Assembly (NCBI GenBank): GCA_010405405.1
Contig: MU004245.1
Location: 127,256-191,255, forward strand
DNA length: 64,000 nt
Direction of reading: 5' to 3'
Source of the DNA: Microthyrium microscopicum
Lineage: Eukaryota
Part shown: in pieces, positions 49,551 to 58,634 of the stretch
Position numbering within the stretch: position 1 is the stretch's first letter
Layout of the letters: each line of letters starts with the position of its first letter
Notes under the pieces: model-generated
Told to the model about the DNA's origin: nothing
Seen by the model: the letters and a program-made list of their open reading frames with translations, nothing else
Databases searched by the model: none
Position numbers and translations under genes: made by a program

Positions 49551-50445
49551 TTCAGTGTACAGCTGAGGTTGAAACGAAGGAGCAAACCAAACTGGAAATT
49601 CTCAGGAATAGAGTACCTGTCAGATCAAGTAGTTTTTGGAACTGTAAGCTTATGTGGGGCAGATTTCCAATTCGGCGTGCATATGCTCCAAGCAGGAACG
49701 ATCGACTATCATATTAGCGACTACCAACTGCGGTAACCAGTTCGTTAAACTAACATTTACCAATATTGTCCGATGCATGAACGCCATCCGGACACAAATA
49801 AACTGTGTCATCAAAACTTAAACAACGATCAAGGATGATATGATCACGAATTGTAGCATACTACTCATCTTGGATATGCCCATTAGTCGGCTTTTATGAC
49901 ACTGTTTCTAGCACTTTTCAACATCAATATTTTCTAGCCAAGCAAACTCCAGATATTATCTCTAAGCTCGATTCCTTCGGTTTTGCTCTCTTGTAACCCA
50001 TCTTCATATGACACTTTAGATTCCTCCTCCACCATCGTCATAATGATGTTTTACTCACTACCCAAGTAGATGCCTAATAGCATCTCATGTCGAGCAGTAG
50101 AAGTAGCAGAGATTAATACAAAGATTGGAAATTCAACACAGCGTGTGTCAAATTCCATGTGGCTCAAAATTATCAATCCTACCATGATTATTTCTGCACA
50201 CAGTCATAAATCAAGTTTCCATCATTGTCCTGCCCGGTCAATCCAAGAAGCCTACCTAGTACAGCCAAACATAGCTCCAGTATGTGGAGGATAATTCGGT
50301 CTATTCTCACCAGTGCGCTAGTTACTGTAGGGCGTGCAGGTTACCCCAAGAGGAGCACATTTCTACTCCACCAATTTCACTTCAGAGCATTCTCTTTAGA
50401 TTTCCTCCACTTTCTTACCGACACAAAGAAAAAGCACATACACAC

Positions 50446-51411
50446 ATGTCGAATAAAGTACCAGAAACTGCAGCCGGTGCCGTCAGGGCCAGAGTTCGAA
50501 TTCGGGATCACATCTACCAAACACCTCTGATTCCAGCCAGACAAGTCGGAAAGGACGATGGATCTTCAGTTTTATTCAAGGCGGAAAACTTTCAACTTAC
50601 AGGATCTTTCAAAATCAGGGGCGCCATGTCCAAACTTTCCGCTCAATCTCACGACTCGCGACTGATCACAGCATCATCCGGAAACCATGGCATTGGTGCT
50701 GCATGCGCAGCAAAAGCACTTCACAAAGACGTGACAGTGGTCCTCCCAGAGACTGTCTCAAAAGCAAAGCTAGAAAAACTTCAAACATATGGAGTCAAAG
50801 TCATTTTGCACGGCGCAGAAACTGGACTGGCAGAACAGCATGCTCAGCATCTCGCCACTTCAGAGAACTACACATACATCTCACCATATAACGATCCAGA
50901 CATTATAGCCGGCCAAGGGACAATTGCACTCGAGCTTCTCGAGCAGTGCAAGAAAATCGACAATGTTTTTGTGGCAATGGGAGGCGGAGGATTGGTCAGT
51001 GGCATTGGATCTGTTATGAAAGCCTTCAGCCCTGAGACGAGGATATACGGGGTTTCTGCCAGCAACTCAAAGGCTCTAGCTGAGTCTATTGCTGCTCGCC
51101 ACGTTGTAGAGACTGAGCATCACCCTACCTTGGCCGATGGTGTTGCAGGTGGTATTGACGATGATACTGTTACACTGCCTCTTGCAATGGCGGTTATTGA
51201 TCAAGTCATTGAGTGCAATGAATCTGAGATTCAGTCTGCATTGAAGACTTTTGCGTTCGAGGAAAACATGATTGTTGAAGGCTCAGCTGCTCTTGCTCTT
51301 GCCGGGTACAACAAGGTTGCAAAAACTTTAGCTGGTCAGACGAGCATTCTTATATTATGTGGTGCAAATGTTAGCCGGGAACTTGTCTTGAAAGAAATTC
51401 TTGGATCTTGA
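50446..51411 (+). CDS. PLP-dependent threonine/serine dehydratase-like enzyme (fold type II, no ACT domain), intronless
   Basis: FKAENFQLTGSFKIRGA (PLP lysine), TASSGNHG, PYND..IAGQGT, MGGGGL, TLADG, VEGSAA, CGAN. Confidence 0.9.
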   Translation: MSNKVPETAAGAVRARVRIRDHIYQTPLIPARQVGKDDGSSVLFKAENFQLTGSFKIRGAMSKLSAQSHDSRLITASSGNHGIGAACAAKALHKDVTVVLPETVSKAKLEKLQTYGVKVILHGAETGLAEQHAQHLATSENYTYISPYNDPDIIAGQGTIALELLEQCKKIDNVFVAMGGGGLVSGIGSVMKAFSPETRIYGVSASNSKALAESIAARHVVETEHHPTLADGVAGGIDDDTVTLPLAMAVIDQVIECNESEIQSALKTFAFEENMIVEGSAALALAGYNKVAKTLAGQTSILILCGANVSRELVLKEILGS

Positions 51412-51655
51412 TTAGACATGACCAGCAGCTGAGATAACATTTTAGCCTACGATCAGAGATAGAGTAGCTTAGAGAGCCTATAGGTAGAGTAGCTTGAATG
51501 CATTTGATACCAAAGCATTTACGCAGGCAGTACGAGCCAATTTGATGAATCTGATCGTAAGGCAGAAATTTGAAGATCAAGATTAGGTCATGTACACTTG
51601 CATTAGTCCGATACCAAGCAGTTTCTGTCTTAATCTAAATCTCATGTACTGAATT

Positions 51656-52531
51656 CTATTTTGCAACCTTCAGCTCACCGCGTTCTTTCACAAGTTGTGC
51701 AATCTGAAGCCCAACATCTGAGCCAACATCACTGAAGCCTTGTATCACACCCTTTCGATCTCCCTCACCTAGCTCCTGGCTCATCTTAAATTTGCCTTCC
51801 ATTCGGTCTATCTCAATCTCCATACCTATAATGCTCTTCTGCAAAAGGTCAATGTATCGATCAGGGGCATCAGATACCTTCCAAGTACTCGGCTTGCCAT
51901 CAACGCCAGTATAGCCCATGACAGAACTCTCAACGTATTGCGAAAGATCGGAAATCTGTTTTGAAAGAAAGTCTCTGGTCTCTGGTGACTTTGCATCGAA
52001 ATAGATCTTAGCTCGGCCGTATACTTGTGTCGCCGCATAATTCCAGGTCGGCACAACTTTTCCAGTGGTCGGCTTTGTCTCCTTATAGAATTTTGGAGTT
52101 ACATAATGCTGAGCAGTAGCGGTGAAAAGCACTAGGACTTCTTCTTCCAGAAATTGTGCGTTGGTAGTTGCTGAACGGCTTTCTATTTCTTCAATCATGG
52201 TCTTGCTCTGTGGGTTCATTCGAGCTAAATGACACCTGAGGACTCCAAGCTCAGTCTCACTCTCTTCATCCTGAATATCGAGAAGAAATGGAATATGACT
52301 TGAAAGGATCTTTGGGAATGTTTTAGAGGATATTGCCGTTGTAAGTACCTGTTGATTTAGCATAAATTTGATCTAGGGATTGAATTTGCAATAGTCAACG
52401 ACATATTATTGAGCCATTGTAGCGCTTACGATGGCTTTGAGCCGGGTAATACTTACACCAAGGGGATTCTTGCGTATCAGCTGTCGCAATTTGGGAAGCG
52501 AGGCTTCAGCGTGCACGTCTCGGAGGTACAT
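51656..52531 (-). CDS. PaiB/Pai2-family split-barrel protein (annotated FMN-binding; haem-binding family)
   Basis: Spliced MYLRDVHAE..LRQLIRKNPLG|VLTT, SSHIPF, LRCHLARMNPQ, HYVTPKFY, VPTWNY, IIGMEIEI..MEGKFKMSQE. Intron 52456-52349. Confidence 0.88.
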
Positions 52532-52957
52532 GGCTGTAAATATCCGTCTTGTGGCTGAAAAGAGATTGGTTTTTCGAAAGTACAACTTTGGTATGGTATG
52601 GAAAATTCAGAGTCAGGTATGTATATTGAGTGATCGGAAGCAAGTGCACGATCAAAATCCAAGGAGGGCATTATGCATGAAATCATCGCGCGCCCTACGG
52701 ACCGATATGTCACAGCTTACAGGGAATCAGTACCTCCAAGATAGCCGCAGCGCAACTACTAAACGGGCTTCTAATGAGTTCCAGTGAATTAGATAAGAAA
52801 AGCAAAGAACAGCATTAGTGATTATTTTGGCTCAACTTTCTTCGTACCTTTCTGTTCACTATATCTCACGCATATCTCTTGCACATCTAATATTGGGATC
52901 TCTATTTTTTCGCAAATGCTGTCTTCGCCTTATTAGTCCTCCAAATGAACTGAGAAC

Positions 52958-53497
52958 ATGAATACACCCTCTATTTCCTTTGCTTTGCGCGATGCTCGGC
53001 CTGAAGATGCAACGCAGATTGCAGAACTGGGAGCCCTCGTGTTCAGCGCTACCTATGGGCATTCGATAAAGCCGCACGAATTAAAGGCGTACCTGAAGAA
53101 ATCATACAGCTTCGAAGCAACCATGGAGGACATAGCAAATCCACTCAAGGATATGATTGTTGCGACTGAAAATGCCGACAATCGCATTGTCGGTTTCGGA
53201 CTGTTGACTCGAAGCTCGACCGAATTATGCATCAGGCATATGGACAATATAGTTGAGCTTCAACGACTTTACATACACCCGGCTTACCGCAGCAAAGGAA
53301 TCGGGAGGTCACTTGCAGAAAGGTTAGAAACGGTGGCGATACAACAGCACTTCTTCCACATATGGCTTGGAGTTTGGGAAGAAAACCAAAATGCGATGAC
53401 TTTGTATGAGAAATGGGGATATAAAAAGATTGGTGAGCGTGATTTTAGTGTTGGCACAATAACACAAGTCGGTTACATTCTCATCAAGAAGCTCTAA
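52958..53497 (+). CDS. GNAT N-acetyltransferase, PaiA (spermidine/spermine acetyltransferase)-like, intronless
   Basis: F.ATYG..LKAYL..SY, ELQRLYIHPAYRSKGIG (acetyl-CoA motif A) and IWLGVWEENQNA..LYEKWGY.KIGERDF. The last block closely resembles the Bacillus PaiA C-terminus as recalled. Confidence 0.85.
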   Translation: MNTPSISFALRDARPEDATQIAELGALVFSATYGHSIKPHELKAYLKKSYSFEATMEDIANPLKDMIVATENADNRIVGFGLLTRSSTELCIRHMDNIVELQRLYIHPAYRSKGIGRSLAERLETVAIQQHFFHIWLGVWEENQNAMTLYEKWGYKKIGERDFSVGTITQVGYILIKKL

Positions 53498-53834
53498 ACT
53501 TATCTTCTGTGCCCACTGCATATCTTCTTTGAGTTGATAGCATCATAAAATCTCAAACATGGGTCCTGCTCAATTCACTACAGAGTGCTCTTTTGCTCAA
53601 ATTTACCGTTCTATGTGTAAATCAATATTTTTTAGCCTGGCATTTATATCACACATCCAGGAGATCAGGGAAATTTTCTTTGTTCCTAGATTTGTGATCT
53701 TACTACCTTATTGTCTGATATAGCACAAAGGCTATGTTAACTTAGAACAATCTACCATAACGTTACATATAGCGGCTTTAGGCACAACAAATTCGAAATT
53801 AAGTCTATCCAAATCAGCTCACCTTAAGCATAAA

Positions 53835-54389
53835 ATGAATCCCCGAGCTGTAATCCGTTCCTCTGGCGGTGATCTTCCACCACTTCCCAACCCACCAGAC
53901 TGGAAAATCAAGCCAGGCGAGTCTCCAAGAGTCTATTGGATCTGGCGTGCCGAATGGGAACCTAAATGGGAATTTTGGCATGACTGGGACGCGAATGGCC
54001 ACGTAGTCAGCTCTCCAGATCAAGTTTTCGATGGCATATTTGGCTGGATTCTGCCAACGAAAATTAATTTCGTGCCATTTGGGTGGTCAGTCGACTTGAA
54101 TTCAACAGTCTGGGAGTATCTGCGATGTCGTGCCTACGGTATTGCGGCACAAGAACCTATTGTCCCAAAAGATCTTAGTCGCAAGGCCTGGATTCGAAGG
54201 GCAGAAAGAGACATCTCTCAGTTGGACCACGCTATCAAGGTGCTTCAGCACTTGCAATGTCTGAACAAGATCCATACAAATGAGACAGCCTACCATATGG
54301 CTGAACCATGGCTTATGGACGAGATCAAGGCACTTGAGCAAATCAGGTTGCGAATGACATTCCGCTTCAACCAAAGACTCGCACGATGA
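53835..54389 (+). CDS. Hypothetical Trp/Pro-rich protein (184 aa)
   Basis: Intronless ATG-initiated ORF in AAAATG context with AT-richer flanks. No recognisable domain. Confidence 0.5.
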   Translation: MNPRAVIRSSGGDLPPLPNPPDWKIKPGESPRVYWIWRAEWEPKWEFWHDWDANGHVVSSPDQVFDGIFGWILPTKINFVPFGWSVDLNSTVWEYLRCRAYGIAAQEPIVPKDLSRKAWIRRAERDISQLDHAIKVLQHLQCLNKIHTNETAYHMAEPWLMDEIKALEQIRLRMTFRFNQRLAR

Positions 54390-55222
54390 TCGAGCTTGAC
54401 TATTCGTCAGTTCAAGTCATTGGGTCGCAATCGATCAAACTTGGGCAGTTGTATAACTTCCTTTCCAATGAATATTGAATTCTAAATGAAGGCTGAAATT
54501 TCAGCTCTTTCTTCAACTCACTTCGTTCTTCATTCTCGTTATGAAACAATCGCGATCTGGTAAACTGTGAGCTAAGACATATGTTATGAGACTGTGTTAT
54601 TACTACTATCTTGGAGTTTCGCTTTTTAGAAGAAGCTGATCTCATACTCTTATACGTGTTCTAGATATCGCTCTATTATCAGTCCTTATTTGTTTTCTAT
54701 CTCTGTACTATGGAAAGTATATCTCCACTAAAGCCCAATATTTAACAGTACCGGTAAGTTTCATAACATTCTGCCTGAACTAGGTTTTACTTACTCTCCA
54801 TCAGTATCTACAGTAACAATCCAGAAGGTAAGAATACTCTACATCAACATAGTCTCGAAGCATCCTCAAAAGATACTTTGAGAATCCCATGACAAATTTT
54901 GGGATAGAGTTGTTGTCATGGTATAGATCATCCCTTACAAGTAAAAAAAAATACACTTCTATACTATCTCAAGAACTCTATCTATTTGAAGCAAAGCTGC
55001 TCACCGGAAATAAAAATTGTCTTCCATATAATAAGAATATAGCCCAAAAAGCTGTATCTTATGAATATAAGGCGTAAAAAACTTCGCCTAGGATGAACCT
55101 ACACACACAAAGCTTCATATGTACTCTCAGAAACAGCTTGGTGAACCAAAAAAACACTTTTATATAATGGATAACAGCACAAAAATTCGTATCTTCTCAA
55201 TACAAAGCAAAAGAAAAAAATT

Positions 55223-55314
55223 CGCTGACGACAAGATTTGAACTTGCGCGACCGAAGCCAATAGATATCAAATAAAATTCAAGTCTATCCCATTAACCAC
55301 TCTGGCACGTCCTA
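55223..55314 (-). tRNA. tRNA-Ser(UGA) with an 11-nt intron; acceptor pairs 1-3 mismatched (possible pseudogene)
   Basis: Minus strand: TAGGACG TG CCAGAGTGGTTAATGG G ATAGA CT-TGA-A [ttttatttgat] A TCTAT TGGCTTCGGTCGC GCAAG TTCAAAT CTTGT CGTCAGC G, then a T-run Pol III terminator. Long variable arm and G73 fit Ser. Confidence 0.82.
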
Positions 55315-55727
55315 CATTGGGTTAGCAAGGATCAGTCATCCGAGCATAAATTCACTAACAGCTTTAGGAGAAAAATCGTTATTTCAACATCATAATTTCT
55401 CGAAAATTGATAAATATACTACGCTAAAAGACAATTTCTTCTCAACTCCTTTTCGGCCGGATGAAGCTACCTGAAGCCATATAGCATACGAAGGTCTCTG
55501 ATGGACTGAGATAGAAGACTTCTTGCAGCATTTCTTCGCGTATGGATTAAAGTTGGTGTGCTTCCCGCAGTGGTCGTAGGTAAGTAGCAATTCAGACTAG
55601 AATAGTCTAGATATCAAGCCTCAATACTTGCAGTGTGTAGTTTTATAATCCCTTTGAGACGTTCATCTATTTAACATCGCTGAAAAAGTCTACATTAGGA
55701 GCGGAACTGGCTGGTTTTGATCCAAGA

Positions 55728-56768
55728 TCAACACAGAAAACTTTCAACGTTGGCTTTGACACTGTCTTTTAGACCAACCCAGCCTGACTTACCAACTCCC
55801 TTGACAAGTTCTTCCGCTCTCTGATTCGGGACTTCAGCAATATCTTTACCTTTGTCAACCATCTGCGGGAACTCTCTGTCAGGATGAAGTTCCTTGAACA
55901 TTCCAATGACCTGCGGCCAGCTATACCGCTCCGCAAAGCCAAACAGTCGCTCTCCATTCACACCCGGTGTGACCAAAGCTGCCAAATACAACTTTCCTGC
56001 ATCTAATGTATCAATATGCCACTGTGGTTCCATCTGACTCATAATCTCGACTCCCTGACCATAGAATAAATCCTTTAGAAAACCCGCTGTGCTCGGAATC
56101 CCTTGATTCTTCGGATCCAAACAGCTTCCCAGCACCGTATCAATCAACAGCGTATTGAATGCAAACGCAGGCTTCTCCTTGTCCACCCACTCCCAGCATG
56201 CCCTCTCCATCTCCGTCTTCAGCGCCATAAACGGTGCCCACCCCTTTTCGCCCGGCTTCAACGTCTCATCCCGCGCAATCCGCACCGCTTCGTCATTCCA
56301 TGTCTTCTCCGTCAATACAAACCGCGTATCCGCTTTCGGTGTATACGCGGCCCACGCCGAACTTGTCATGGCTATAGACTTGACACTCGGTGTGCGCTTC
56401 GCAGCCTCAAAGAGCGCAATGTGCAGTGGCGCGTAGTCGGCGAGCGCGGCATCAAGGTCTGGTATAAATATCTCGACTGGGCCGGCAATGTGCGCAATGC
56501 CAGACACGTCGACGATGCAGTCGTCCCAAGCGTAGGGCGCGGCCATGTCGGGCACTTCAAACAGCTCAAAGCGGCCGGCGCCATGGCGCGTGTTAAAGAG
56601 CGGTGTTAGCCACGCGTTTTTGCTCGCGTTGCGGACGGTGCCGCGGACGCGATAGCCGGCGGCGAGGATTTGGTCGCAGGCATGGCTGCCGATGAGGGAG
56701 TTGGCGGCGGTGACGAGGATGATGGAGTTTAGGGGGATTGATGGGTTTTGGAGGGTTGGTGGCGCCAT
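55728..56768 (-). CDS. NAD(P)-dependent aldehyde reductase-like extended SDR (ARII/Gre2-like), atypical motifs, intronless
   Basis: ILVTAANSLIGSH, GYRVRGTVR, AAKRTPSVKS..MTSS, E..WN, K.EMERACW.W, HIDTLD.GKL. Confidence 0.85.
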   Translation of the reverse strand: MAPPTLQNPSIPLNSIILVTAANSLIGSHACDQILAAGYRVRGTVRNASKNAWLTPLFNTRHGAGRFELFEVPDMAAPYAWDDCIVDVSGIAHIAGPVEIFIPDLDAALADYAPLHIALFEAAKRTPSVKSIAMTSSAWAAYTPKADTRFVLTEKTWNDEAVRIARDETLKPGEKGWAPFMALKTEMERACWEWVDKEKPAFAFNTLLIDTVLGSCLDPKNQGIPSTAGFLKDLFYGQGVEIMSQMEPQWHIDTLDAGKLYLAALVTPGVNGERLFGFAERYSWPQVIGMFKELHPDREFPQMVDKGKDIAEVPNQRAEELVKGVGKSGWVGLKDSVKANVESFLC

Positions 56769-57267
56769 TGGTTTTTGATGGTTGGATTCAACTTTGCTTG
56801 AATTCTAGAATTTCTTGCTAATATTTGGAGTATGATCGAATGTGAAGATCAGCTTCTTTCAAAAATCTGGAAATATGCTAGTTTAAGTAGTACTTTTAAT
56901 ACTGCATGATTTAAACCTGCATTTTCGGATCTCCACTATCTTACTGCATGGTGATCTACCAAAGACACCTTGTTGAGGATCATGTCTTGCTCAAAAACCA
57001 TTTTGTACTACGATCATATGTCATCTCATTTAGAGATGTGACATAAGCGAGCTGGCGCATCGGACTGCTGAAAAGTTGAGCCCAGAGATATGAAGATCTT
57101 CGTCATACTTTTCTCTCATTGTAACTCGCATACCATGTCATAGTTCAATGCGTTGTTTCCGGATCATATACAGCATGTTTTGTAAGATATAGAGAACTCG
57201 CTCTTTGGAAGGGAAAGTGGTATTTCATAATCATTTAAGTTCGACCTTACAGATCCATTCCAATTCA

Positions 57268-58634
57268 TTACTTTAGTCCCCATAACGATCCAAAGAAAGA
57301 GCCTGCTGGATTCGTCTGCGCCTTATGATCGATTCCCATTGACCCAGGCTTAGGATGAGTGCCTGGAGTAAGTGGACTGAACACAAAGCTCATCCCCATT
57401 TCACCAATGTCTGATCCAGCCCATTTCCCAGCAGCAGGTTTAGCTCTGTGATTGCAAGTCAGTTATAGAACCCCAAAATATGACTGTACAGCAGAAACTT
57501 ACGCAGGATGTTTATCCAAATCAAAATACGCTTCAACCTCCATTTGGTCTCCTCTAATAATCTTCATCGGATCCGTACACTGCGTCATATTACTCACCCC
57601 CGTCCCCGCCTGTCCATAAACCGCCTGTGAATCGCACACCGTCCGTCCATTCACCCTCAGCGTAATACTCGTCCCACCATCATGTACTCGCCCACGTCGT
57701 AACAACATATATCCGTCCATCACAGCAGTTGCTGGCGTGCCCTTGATGGTAAACTTGTTGTATCCTGGCCAGCCACGGATACTCGGCATACTCCAGCCAT
57801 CACACTGGTTCATGGCAAACATTACTACGCCACTGTCCAAGTAGCCGGCTGGCTGGCCGGGCACGTAGTCGATTTCGGTGACAGCGTAGACGTCCTTGGT
57901 TGTGTTGGCGTGGTTGACGAGTTCGGCGGAGAGCATGATTTTGTCGTCTTTGCCGAGATAGTAGCCGGCTGGGAAGGCGCCGTCCGGGGTCGTGTATAGG
58001 CCGGAGGAGGTTTCGTTGCCGCCGACGCCGGTTAGGGGCGCGAAGCTGAGGATGCGCGAGGGTGATGAGTCTTTGGCTTTGACGTTGCAGGCGAACGGCG
58101 ATTGTGGCTGCTTGTCGAGGTTGCTGTATGTGACGTGGTGGTTCTCGATGCCGTTGGAGAGTTGGGCGGGCGAGCCGTCTTCGTATTTGAGTTCGGTGTG
58201 GGCTTTGAGGATGGTCACGTCAGAGGGAAAACCGGAGACTGTGCTGGCCATTGTGTTGGTGTTGGCGTTGATCTTTATGCCTAGTCCACCGGTTTTGGCG
58301 GCAGCTTTTTGAAGTTGTTCTTCTGTGAGTAGAGTTATTGGGCCGAACCAGATGCTGCTCTTCTTTGCGCCAGCTGCTTTCATCGTTGAAGTCTCAGCCA
58401 CTGATTTTGCTATTCGCATTTTGGGAACGTTGGCTGCCATTATACCGGCAGTCGCCTTGAAGTAGCCATCTTGAAGCTGATCTAGGCTGGGTGTTTGAGC
58501 ATATTTTGGCTGTTGCTGCCGGCGTTCTATTCCTGTTAGATCACATGAAGAATTATCATATAAACCAGCTCACCAATGTCCACCGGAGTTCCCAACACCA
58601 ATGGTGCAGCGACAAGTATCGATGGAATCTTCAT
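57268..58634 (-). CDS. Secreted protein with PHM-like copper-monooxygenase motifs, paralogue 2
   Basis: Signal peptide MKIPSILVAAPLVLG then ERR; ENHHV; AGYYLGKDD..SAELVNH; EIDYVPG.PAGYLD; GRVHDGG; VCDSQAVYG; GEMGM. Two introns. Homologous to 43977-45657. Confidence 0.6.

Noticed and set aside
48464..53497. Calling this a piperazate or NRPS biosynthetic cluster
   Set aside because: No ornithine N-hydroxylase, NRPS or PKS gene in the window.
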